DNA of 64,000 nucleotides from Candidatus Binatia bacterium (GTDB lineage Bacteria > Methylomirabilota > Methylomirabilia > Rokubacteriales > CSP1-6), in NCBI GenBank assembly GCA_035635995.1, contig DASPZZ010000273.1:1190-65189 (forward strand), written 5' to 3'. Positions within the stretch are counted from its first letter, which is position 1. The number at the start of each line of letters is the position of its first letter. The notes under the pieces were generated by a model. It was given only the letters and a program-made list of their open reading frames with translations, ran no database searches and had not been told where the DNA came from. The position numbers and the translations under genes were made by a program. Of this stretch, positions 1 to 7,412 are shown in pieces.

Positions 1-273
1 GACCTCGAGCGCGACGCCGGCGGTGGCGTTGGTCAGGGCGGCCCAGAACGAGTCGGCCTTCGCGCGGTGGCCGAGCAGCGTCGCCCTGCCGTGGGGCGAA
101 CGGGCGGCGGCCAGTCGCGCGAGCTCGCCGTTCTCGGGCAAGGCGCTTCCGGCGACGATGGCGCCGAGCGTGTCGAGCAGCACGAGCTTGGCGGCCGCGA
201 CCGTGGAGGCGGGCAGGGCCTCGAAGCGGGTGGCGGCGACGAAGGCCGAGAGCCGGTCGAGGTAGTCCACCAT
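1..273 (-). CDS. MmgE/PrpD family protein, N-terminal part (continues beyond window start)
   Basis: Own translation of the minus strand from ATG 273-271: MVDYLDRLSAFVAATRFEALPASTVAAAKLVLLDTLGAIVAGSALPENGELARLAA... This N-terminal pattern is typical of MmgE/PrpD proteins. The frame is open to position 1 and is absent from the track because there is no stop in the window. It starts 12 nt after the hydantoinase stop. Confidence 0.6.
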   Translation of the reverse strand, partial: MVDYLDRLSAFVAATRFEALPASTVAAAKLVLLDTLGAIVAGSALPENGELARLAAARSPHGRATLLGHRAKADSFWAALTNATAGVALEV

Positions 274-284
274 GCTCGATCCGC

Positions 285-1703
285 TCAGGCGACGGCGCCG
301 GCGATCGGGGGAGTCGGGCCCCGGCGAGGCAGAAACCGGCCGTAGCCCGGCTTCTGTTCGAGCTCGCCCGACGGGTTCAGCATCACCTGGCCGCGCACGA
401 GCGTCATCCACGCTCGGCCGCGCACCCGCCAACCTTCGTACGGCGTGAAGCCGGCGATGCCGAGGTGCTGCGCCTGCTGGATGGTCCACTCGGGCGTCGG
501 GTCCCAGATCGTCAGATCGGCGTCGGCGCCGGGGCGGATCACGCCCTTGCGGGGCCAGAGGCCGAAGACGCGCGCCGGGTTCTCGGACATCACGCGGGCC
601 AGCCACGTGGCGGGCAGCCCGCGCTTGGCCACGCCCTCGCTCCAGGCGAGCGGTGCCAGCGTCTCGAGCGACGGCGCGCCGAACGGGATCGGCTTGCCCG
701 CGGCGTCCACGAAGATGTTCTTCCGCCCCGGCTCCTTCGCGGCGGGGACGCGCGGCGAGTGGTCGCTCGCGAGGTTGGCGATGAAGCCCTGGACCGAGCC
801 TTCCCAGAGGGCGGCGCGGTCCGGCCCGTCGGCGGGACGGAGCGGCGGGCCGATCTTGGCGAAGGGCCCGAGCCGCTCCATCTCCTTGTCGGTGAGCAGC
901 AGATACTGCGGGCAGGTCTCGCACCACACCTTCTGCCCCTCGGCCTGGGCGCGCTTGATGCGCTCGAGGCCGAGCTTCGTCGACAGATGCACGACGTACA
1001 CGGGGCAGCCGGTGAGGCGCCCGATGAGGATCGCGCGGTTGATCGCCTCCTCCTCGGTCCAGTCCGGACACGTCGGCGGGAAGTCGGTCGGCGCCGTGCG
1101 ACCTTCGGCGATCGCCTTGTCCTCCAGGTAGCAGAGGACGTCGCCGTTCTCGCAGTGGAGCTGGCAGAGGCCGCCGAGCGCGGCGAGCCGCTCCATCGTC
1201 TTGGCGATGAACTCGTCGGAGACCATGCGCTTGCCGCGCTTCTTGTACGTCATGAAGAGCTTGATCGACGAGACGCCCATGCCGAAGGCCTCGGGAATCC
1301 CCTCGAGGATGTACGGCTCGTGGTTCAGGATGAAGTGAAAGCCGAAGTCGAGCACCGAGAGTGACTCGGCCTCTTCGCGCAGGCGCGCGACCGCCTTGGG
1401 CAGCGTCTCGCCCTCGTCGTAGGTGACAAAGGGCAGGAGGGTGGTGAGCCCGGTGCGCGCCGCCGCGAGCGGCGCCGTCCGCCAGTCGTCGTACTCCGGG
1501 CCGACGTGGAGGTGGCAGTCGATGAGGCCCGGCAGCACGAGCTTGCCGGAGGCGTCGATCACGCGGTCGGCGGGCGGAAGCACCGACTCGGGCCCGATCG
1601 CGACGATCTTGTCGCCCCGGATCGCGACCGCGGCCTCGACCACGTCCGTGCTCGTCACCACCTGGCCGCCGCGGACGACGACGTCGACTCCGGAGGCGCT
1701 CAT
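285..1703 (-). CDS. D-hydantoinase / dihydropyrimidinase (cyclic amidohydrolase)
   Basis: Internal Met of track ORF 285..2681(-): MSASGVDVVVRGGQVVTSTDVVEAAVAIRGDKIVAIGP...LPGLIDCHLHV..., 472 aa, amidohydrolase-fold hydantoinase pattern. ATGA start/stop overlap with the upstream carbamoylase gene. Confidence 0.9.
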   Translation of the reverse strand: MSASGVDVVVRGGQVVTSTDVVEAAVAIRGDKIVAIGPESVLPPADRVIDASGKLVLPGLIDCHLHVGPEYDDWRTAPLAAARTGLTTLLPFVTYDEGETLPKAVARLREEAESLSVLDFGFHFILNHEPYILEGIPEAFGMGVSSIKLFMTYKKRGKRMVSDEFIAKTMERLAALGGLCQLHCENGDVLCYLEDKAIAEGRTAPTDFPPTCPDWTEEEAINRAILIGRLTGCPVYVVHLSTKLGLERIKRAQAEGQKVWCETCPQYLLLTDKEMERLGPFAKIGPPLRPADGPDRAALWEGSVQGFIANLASDHSPRVPAAKEPGRKNIFVDAAGKPIPFGAPSLETLAPLAWSEGVAKRGLPATWLARVMSENPARVFGLWPRKGVIRPGADADLTIWDPTPEWTIQQAQHLGIAGFTPYEGWRVRGRAWMTLVRGQVMLNPSGELEQKPGYGRFLPRRGPTPPIAGAVA

Positions 1704-2584
1704 CGATTCGGCTCCTTCTCGGTCACGGGCTGGAGCAGCCGCCCGTAGTGCTGCGGCTGACGACGCCCGAGGAAGTTCCAGCGCTTCCGGAGGGGCCCCA
1801 TCTGCTCGAGGTCGATCCGCGCCACCACGAGCTCGTCGCCGCGCGTCGCCGCTCGCGCGAGCACCTGGCCCTGCGGGTCGATGAGGCAGGAGCCGGCGAT
1901 CAGCTCGACGCCGTCCTCCACGCCGGCCTTGGCGACGCCGACCACGAAGCAGAGGTTGGCGTAGGCGCCGGCGCGCATGCAGAGCTCGTTGAGGTCGAGC
2001 GCCAGCGCCGAGATCGGCGTGTTGTACCCGATGAGGATGATCTCGGCGCCCTGAAGGGCCAGCGCGCGATAGCTCTCCGGGTAGCGGCGGTCCTGGCAGA
2101 TCGCGACGCCGACCCTGGCGCCGACGGCGTCGAAGACCCGATAGCCGGTGTCGCCGTGCGCGAAGTAGTAGGGCTCGTAGACCTGGGCGAAGCCGTCGGC
2201 GGCCTTCGTGCCCGGCAGGTGGATCTTGCGGAACGTTCCGCACAGGCGCCCGTCGCGGTCGGTGAGGAGCGCCGTGTTGAAGTATTTGCCGTCGGCCTTC
2301 TCGCAGAAGCCCACGTGCACGGCGACGCGCGCGTCGACGGCGCGACGCAGGAGCGGCTCGAGCGCCTTCGGTGGCATTTCGCTCTCGAAGAACTGGTCGA
2401 AGTCGGAGCGGATGCGCTTGGGGAAGTACGTCGTCAGCGCCATCTCGGGGTAGACGATCAGCTCCACGCCGTCGCGCGCCGCCGCCTCGAGGAGCGCCAG
2501 CATCCGTTCGACGATCGCCTCGCGCGGCGTGCCGTCCTGGTTGGGACCCATCTGAGCAGCGGCGACCTTCAGATAGCGGGGCAT
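1700..2584 (-). CDS. N-carbamoyl-D-amino-acid hydrolase (carbon-nitrogen hydrolase / nitrilase superfamily)
   Basis: Track ORF of 294 aa. The Glu-Lys-Cys triad contexts are visible (LIVYPEMAL, FRKIHLPG, VAICQDRRYPE). Translationally coupled to the hydantoinase. Confidence 0.85.
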   Translation of the reverse strand: MPRYLKVAAAQMGPNQDGTPREAIVERMLALLEAAARDGVELIVYPEMALTTYFPKRIRSDFDQFFESEMPPKALEPLLRRAVDARVAVHVGFCEKADGKYFNTALLTDRDGRLCGTFRKIHLPGTKAADGFAQVYEPYYFAHGDTGYRVFDAVGARVGVAICQDRRYPESYRALALQGAEIILIGYNTPISALALDLNELCMRAGAYANLCFVVGVAKAGVEDGVELIAGSCLIDPQGQVLARAATRGDELVVARIDLEQMGPLRKRWNFLGRRQPQHYGRLLQPVTEKEPNR

Positions 2585-2674
2585 CGTGTTCTCCTCTCGG
2601 GGCGGCTCGTCTGAACGTCCATCCGCTCGAGATTCTACCCGAGCCCGACGACCTCGTCAGGTCGGGCGGAATGC

Positions 2675-2703
2675 TTGACAACCCGGCCGGCGGGGTGGCA
2701 AAT
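2675..2703 (+). promoter_or_regulatory. sigma-70-like promoter candidate (TTGACA-N17-GCAAAT)
   Basis: Perfect -35 TTGACA at 2675-2680, 17-nt spacer, weak -10 GCAAAT at 2698-2703, about 23 nt upstream of the 2726 ATG. Confidence 0.35.
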
Positions 2704-2725
2704 GTCCTGGCAGGAGGCTCAGACC

Positions 2726-3160
2726 ATGCGCAGAATCCTCGCGCTCGTTCTGGCCGCGACCCTTCTGATCAGCCTGACGGCGCCAGTGGCCGAAGCCGGC
2801 GGCTCGACGGCGACGAACGTCGCGCTCGGGCTCGCTTCGTTTGCCGTGTTCAATCAGCTCGTCGGCGGCTTCTATTACCCGAGGTACGCCTACGCGACTC
2901 CGGCCTATTACTATCCGACCTATCCGGCCTATCCGACGTACGCGGCCTATCCGGCGTACCCGTCGTATTCCACCGTCGTCTACGTCCAGGCTCCGGCGCC
3001 CGCGCCGGCTCCGGCCCAGCAATACGCCAACGTGGTTCAGTATCCGCACGGGCGCTACGAGCTTCGTGGAGATGGGATCAGGACGCCGTATCAGTGGGTC
3101 TGGATCCCGAATCCGCCGCCCCCGCCGCCGGCGGCGCCCCCGGCACCCAAGGACCAGTAG
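2726..3160 (+). CDS. secreted Tyr/Pro-rich low-complexity protein (hypothetical)
   Basis: Start moved to the Met preceded by CAGGAGG (2711-2717). Signal peptide MRRILALVLAATLLISLTAPVAEA, then a YP/AY-rich stretch, an (AP)4 run and a poly-Pro tail. No family recognised. Confidence 0.6.
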   Translation: MRRILALVLAATLLISLTAPVAEAGGSTATNVALGLASFAVFNQLVGGFYYPRYAYATPAYYYPTYPAYPTYAAYPAYPSYSTVVYVQAPAPAPAPAQQYANVVQYPHGRYELRGDGIRTPYQWVWIPNPPPPPPAAPPAPKDQ

Positions 3161-3166
3161 CCCGGA

Positions 3167-3859
3167 CTACTCGGCCGCCAGCCGGTAGCCGACGCCCGGC
3201 TCCGTCAGCAGATAGCGCGGCCGGGCCGGCTCGGCCTCGAGCTTGTGACGCAAGTGCGCCATGTACACGCGGGCGTAGTGGGCCTGCTCGGTGTGCGAGG
3301 GGCCCCACACCTCCCGAAGCAGCTGCTGATGCGTGACGACCTTTCCCGCGTGGTGAACGAGCGTCGTCAAGAGCTTGTACTCGACCGGGGTGAGATGGAC
3401 TTCCTTTTCGTTCACCAGCACCTGGCGGTGCAGCTGATCGACGCGTAGCCCGCCCACCTTGAAGACGGCGTCGTCTCCCTCGTGGGAAGCGCCCGCGGTG
3501 TGGCGGAGCGCCACCCGGATCCGCGCCAGAAGCTCGCCGGCGCCGAAGGGCTTGCTCACGTAGTCGTCGGCGCCGGCGTCGAGCGCCGTGACCTTGTCGC
3601 GCTCCTGCCCGCGGGCGGAGAGCACGATGATCGGGACGTCCGTCCACTCGCGAATGTGGCGGATGACGTCGAGACCGTCCGTGTCGGGCAACCCCAGGTC
3701 GATGATGACGACGTCGGGCTGGCGAGAGCCGACCTCCACCACGCCGTCGGCTCCCGTCGCCGCCTCGAAGAGCCGGTAGCCCTGGCCCGTCAGCGTCGCC
3801 CGTAGAAATCGCCGGATCTGCGGCTCGTCCTCGATGAGGACGACGACGGGATCAGGCAT
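3167..3859 (-). CDS. kdpE: KDP operon response regulator KdpE (OmpR family)
   Basis: Internal Met of track ORF 3167..4111(-): MPDPVVVLIEDEPQIRRFL...DLGLPDTDG... (receiver domain), then the winged-helix part ...LTPVEYKLLTTLVHHAGKVVTHQQLLREVWGP...YRL. Its start overlaps the kdpD stop by 8 nt (ATGCCTGA). Confidence 0.9.
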   Translation of the reverse strand: MPDPVVVLIEDEPQIRRFLRATLTGQGYRLFEAATGADGVVEVGSRQPDVVIIDLGLPDTDGLDVIRHIREWTDVPIIVLSARGQERDKVTALDAGADDYVSKPFGAGELLARIRVALRHTAGASHEGDDAVFKVGGLRVDQLHRQVLVNEKEVHLTPVEYKLLTTLVHHAGKVVTHQQLLREVWGPSHTEQAHYARVYMAHLRHKLEAEPARPRYLLTEPGVGYRLAAE

Positions 3860-6542
3860 CGGCGGGCACCGAGGCCGGTGGCTTGCCCGCCAGCGGCAGC
3901 GTGAAGAGGAACGCCACGCCGCCCTCCGGCAGATTCTGCGCCCAGATGTGCCCGCCGTGCGCCTTGACGATGCCCTGACAGATCGCCAGACCGAGGCCGG
4001 CGCCCCGGCCGCCCGTCGGCAGGCCGCGATAGAACTTCTCGAAGACCTTGTCCTCCTCGCCGCGTGGCAGCCCCGGCCCTCGGTCGGCGACCTCGACCGT
4101 GACGGCTTCATCGGTGGCGGTCGCCATGATGCGGATGGGGCTGGCGCTCGGCGTGTACTTGATAGCGTTGTCGAGGAGATTGACCAGCACCTGCTCGACG
4201 AGGACGTCGTCGATCGGCACCAGTGGCAGGTCGGGCGGCACGCGGGTGTCCACGCGCCGATCGGCGAGCCGCTTGCCCAGGCGGCTCAGCGCCGCGCCGA
4301 TCACCTCTTCCAGCGGGTGCCACTCCTTGCTGAGCTGCAGCGCGCCCGATTCGAGGCGCGTCATCTCGAGAAGGTTCTGGACGAGTCGATTGAGCCGGTC
4401 GGCCTCCTCGCGAATGGACTCGAGCAGCTCGTGCCGTGTCCGGGCGTCGAGGCGCTCGCCGGATTCCAGGATTGTGCTGGCCGCCCCCGTGATCGTGGCC
4501 AGCGGTGTTCGGAGGTCGTGCGAGACCGAGCTGAGCAGAGAATTCCGGAGGCGTTCCGTCTCGATCCGGACCTGAGCCTGCTGGGCCTCGTCGGCCAGGT
4601 GCGCCCGCTCGATGGCGAGCGCGGTCTGATTGGCGAACGTCTCGAGCTGGTGCAGCTGCTCGGGCGCGTCGAGGGCGTGGCGATCCGCGGGGCGAATCCC
4701 GAGCGCCCCGACCGGCCCGCGCGGAGCGACGAGCGGCAGGTACAGCGCCGACGCCCCGGGCAGCGTGGCCGTGCCCAGGCCCGCGGCCTGGCGATGCTCG
4801 TAGACCCAGCGCCCGACGCCCAGCTCGTTGGCGTCGACCGCGAACTGGCTGCCGCTCCAGGCGGTCAAGACCCCGGCGTCTCCGGGCAGCAGCACGACCA
4901 CCGGGCTGCGGAAGACCTCGCCGATGTGACGCACGGCGATCTTCAACAGCTCGTCCACGCCGCGCGTGCTCGCCAGCTCGCGACTCAGGGCGTAGAGCGC
5001 CGCCGTCCGCTGCTCGCGCTGGCGCGCAGCCTCCGCCTGCATGCGGATGCGCGCCGCGAGATTGCTGGTCACGATCCCCACGAGCAGCATCACCAGGAAG
5101 GTGAACACGTAGCGTACGTCGGAGACCGCGAACGTGAAGACGGGCGGCACGAAGAGGAAATCGAGGGCGCCGACGCTCAGGACGGAAGCGACCAGCGACG
5201 GCCCGCGGCCGTAGCGCGTCGCGACCACGACGATGCCGAGCAGGTACACCATGACGAGATCGGCGAGCTCGAAGAACGGGAGCGTCAGCCACGCGACGCC
5301 GCTCGCCAGCGCGACGACGGTCGTCGCCCAGCCGTAGGGGGCCCAGTCGGTCGGGATCGCGCGCCGCAGGACGGGCGCGATGGGCGCGGCATCCTCCCGA
5401 CCGCCGCTGATGACTTCGATGTTGATGTCGCCGCTGCCCTTGACGAGCGCGTCCACGATCGAGCCGATCACGATCCGCTTCCACAGCGGACGGCGGGGCT
5501 TGCCCACGACGATCTTCGTCACGTTGCGATCGCGCGCGAACGCCAGGATCGCTTCGCTCATCTTCTGTCCGGGCAGCGTGACGACTTCGGCGCCGAGCTG
5601 TTCGGCCAGACGCAGCGTCTGGGTGACCCGATCGCGCACGTTGGCCGGGAGCCGGAGCTGCGCCGGCGTCTCGACGTACGCGGCGACCCACGGCGCGCCG
5701 AGCCGATCCGCCATGCGCTTGGCGGCCCGGACGAGCCGGGCCGAGTCCGGACCGGGACTGATGCACACCAGGAGCCGCTCGGCCGTGGGCCAGACCTTTC
5801 CGATCGCGTGCTCGTGCATGTAGACGCGCATCTGCGCGTCCACCCGCTCGGCGGTGCGGCGGAGCGCGAGCTCGCGCAGCGCGATCAGGTTGCCCTTGCG
5901 GAAAAAGTTCCGGATGGCCTCCTGAGCCTGGTCCGGCATGTAGACCTTGCCGTCCTTGAATCGCTCCAGGAGCTCGTCGGGCGGCAGGTCGATCAGCTCG
6001 AACTCGTCGGCCTGCTCGAGCACCGAGTCCGGCACCGTCTCCCGCACCACCACGCCGGTGATCTTGGCGACGACGTCGTTGAGGCTCTCGAGGTGCTGGA
6101 CGTTGACGGTCGTGTACACGTTGATACCGGCGTCGAGGAGCTCGAGCACGTCCTGCCAGCGCTTGGCGTGGCGGGACCCCGGCGCGTTCGTGTGTGCGAG
6201 CTCGTCGACGAGGATCAGGGCGGGACGGCGCGCCAGCGCGCCGTCGAGGTCGAACTCGCGCAGCGTGGCCCCATGGTACTCGGCGAGCCGGGCGGGAAGG
6301 ATCTCGAGGCCCGCGAGGAGCGCATCGGTCTCGGCCCGCCCGTGGGTCTCGACGTATCCGACGACCACGTCGACGCCGTCGGCGCGCTGCTCGCGCGCGG
6401 CGTCGAGCATGGCGTACGTCTTGCCGACACCGGCGGCGGCGCCGAAGAATACCTTCAGCGCGCCGCGTCGCTTGCGCGCTTCCTCGTCCTTGACGCGGGC
6501 CAGCAGCGCATCGGGATCAGGTCGTTCCCCCGCCACGCCCAT
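3852..6542 (-). CDS. kdpD: sensor histidine kinase KdpD
   Basis: Track ORF 3852..6596(-). N-terminal KdpD domain (RPDPDALLARV...KVFFGAAAGVGKTYAMLD), USP-like region, 4 TM helices, GAF-like region, H-box SHDLRTPL and ATPase G-boxes. Start placed at MGVAGERPDP (6542); 6596 is possible. Confidence 0.9.
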   Translation of the reverse strand: MGVAGERPDPDALLARVKDEEARKRRGALKVFFGAAAGVGKTYAMLDAAREQRADGVDVVVGYVETHGRAETDALLAGLEILPARLAEYHGATLREFDLDGALARRPALILVDELAHTNAPGSRHAKRWQDVLELLDAGINVYTTVNVQHLESLNDVVAKITGVVVRETVPDSVLEQADEFELIDLPPDELLERFKDGKVYMPDQAQEAIRNFFRKGNLIALRELALRRTAERVDAQMRVYMHEHAIGKVWPTAERLLVCISPGPDSARLVRAAKRMADRLGAPWVAAYVETPAQLRLPANVRDRVTQTLRLAEQLGAEVVTLPGQKMSEAILAFARDRNVTKIVVGKPRRPLWKRIVIGSIVDALVKGSGDINIEVISGGREDAAPIAPVLRRAIPTDWAPYGWATTVVALASGVAWLTLPFFELADLVMVYLLGIVVVATRYGRGPSLVASVLSVGALDFLFVPPVFTFAVSDVRYVFTFLVMLLVGIVTSNLAARIRMQAEAARQREQRTAALYALSRELASTRGVDELLKIAVRHIGEVFRSPVVVLLPGDAGVLTAWSGSQFAVDANELGVGRWVYEHRQAAGLGTATLPGASALYLPLVAPRGPVGALGIRPADRHALDAPEQLHQLETFANQTALAIERAHLADEAQQAQVRIETERLRNSLLSSVSHDLRTPLATITGAASTILESGERLDARTRHELLESIREEADRLNRLVQNLLEMTRLESGALQLSKEWHPLEEVIGAALSRLGKRLADRRVDTRVPPDLPLVPIDDVLVEQVLVNLLDNAIKYTPSASPIRIMATATDEAVTVEVADRGPGLPRGEEDKVFEKFYRGLPTGGRGAGLGLAICQGIVKAHGGHIWAQNLPEGGVAFLFTLPLAGKPPASVPADA

Positions 6543-6873
6543 AGTGTAGCGCCCGCCGCCCGCGTGGGTCGAATGCTGGGTCCGGCCGCCGTTCACGCGG
6601 GGCGTCGAGCGTCGGGGCGCCGTGGCTCACGACGTGGTGTCGTCGCCGCGCGCCGCGGCGACGATTCCATTCGTCCAGCTCGAGCGCCACCCGGTTGTGC
6701 CGCCGCCAGAGCGACATCAGCGCGAACGCCGCGATGACCACGACGATCTGGAGAACGCCGCGCAGGCCTCCGGCTGCGTAGGTCTCGAGCAGGGCCAGCA
6801 GGCCCACCAGCAGCACGCCGATGGTGTACAGGAGCCACCAGGTCGGACGCTTGTCGCTCGGCTCTCGTGTCAT
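6517..6873 (-). CDS. small membrane protein upstream of kdpD (hypothetical)
   Basis: Track ORF 6517..6915(-) trimmed to the Met preceded by GGAGAGGAGG. MTREPSDKRPTWWLLYTIGVLLVGLLALLETYAAGGLRGVLQIVVVIAAFALMSLW has two predicted TM helices. The Arg-rich tail overlaps the kdpD start and may not be real. Confidence 0.35.
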   Translation of the reverse strand: MTREPSDKRPTWWLLYTIGVLLVGLLALLETYAAGGLRGVLQIVVVIAAFALMSLWRRHNRVALELDEWNRRRGARRRHHVVSHGAPTLDAPRERRPDPAFDPRGRRALHYGRGGGTT

Positions 6874-6909
6874 GGACGATCCTCCTCTCCTCATGACACA
6901 GCCGGGAGG

Positions 6910-6958
6910 GGTCAAGCCGGCGTCAAACTCTGGGCGGTCTGCGTTAAGAGCGAGTCAA
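6910..6958 (-). promoter_or_regulatory. array of four phased hexamers (TTGACT-N5-TTAACG-N15-TTGACG-N5-TTGACC), putative KdpE-type operator facing kdpDE
   Basis: Read directly on the minus strand. Hexamer starts are spaced 11/21/11 bp. It is the mirror image of the 7126-7174 array. Residues 6912-6926 and 6942-6949 are identical to 13499-13513 and 13529-13536. Confidence 0.45.
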
Positions 6959-7125
6959 TGCGGTGGAAATGTCTCGCCCGACTCCACGACTTTCGCATTC
7001 TTGCGGAATTCGTTGCCGTCGAACTGACACCGCGTTCCATGTGGTCGTCAAAACAGCGAGTCAGGTGAAGGGCACCAGCACACGGGAGAAGAGCTATGAA
7101 GTCCCAAGCCTGCTGGATAACCGGG

Positions 7126-7174
7126 TTAACACGCGCTTGACGCCCGCGATGCTGGTTTTGACGACTTCTTGACG
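7126..7174 (+). promoter_or_regulatory. array of four phased hexamers (TTAACA-N5-TTGACG-N15-TTGACG-N5-TTGACG), putative KdpE-type operator facing kdpFABC
   Basis: Read directly. Same 11/21/11 spacing. Ends 52 nt upstream of the first kdp micro-ORF. Confidence 0.45.
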
Positions 7175-7226
7175 TCCGGCAGCCCTAAGCTGAGTTGCGT
7201 GCGATTGGTAAGGACAGGAGGCGGCG

Positions 7227-7310
7227 ATGAGCGACTTCTTCTATCTGGGACTCAGCGTGCTGTTCTTCGCGCTCACCTGGGCCTTCGTCAAGCTCTGTGA
7301 GCGCGTGTAG
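7227..7310 (+). CDS. 27-aa hydrophobic micro-protein preceding kdpF (hypothetical)
   Basis: Own translation (below the track cutoff): [33 protein letters not shown] lies 5 nt upstream. One TM helix. The stop is followed by the kdpF RBS. Confidence 0.4.
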   Translation: MSDFFYLGLSVLFFALTWAFVKLCERV

Positions 7311-7319
7311 GAGGCTTCC

Positions 7320-7412
7320 ATGCCACTGCTCTACGTAGTCGGCGGCGTCGTGTCGTTGGGGCTCCTGGCCTATCTGGTGCTGGCGCTGCTCAAGCCGGAG
7401 CTCTTCGCATGA
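7320..7412 (+). CDS. kdpF: K+-transporting ATPase subunit F
   Basis: Own translation: [30 protein letters not shown] (30 aa), a single TM helix with the C-terminal LLxPExF typical of KdpF. GGAGG lies 5 nt upstream. The TGA overlaps the kdpA ATG (ATGA). Confidence 0.75.
   Translation: MPLLYVVGGVVSLGLLAYLVLALLKPELFA

Noticed and set aside
3834-6737. 967-aa track ORF on the plus strand.
   Set aside because: It is antisense to the well-supported kdpD/kdpE genes. Its composition is dominated by Arg, Asp, Gly and His (typical of an antisense frame in high-G+C DNA), and it has no recognisable motifs.
6959-7125. Possible c-di-AMP (ydaO/kimA-type) riboswitch upstream of kdp, and likewise at 13546-13600 upstream of kimA.
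   Set aside because: In Firmicutes both kdp and kimA carry this riboswitch, so I looked for it. I could not find the pseudo-symmetric conserved cores (for example the ACGGGGA- and CCGA-containing junctions). The kimA leader is also far too short (55 nt after the hexamer array).
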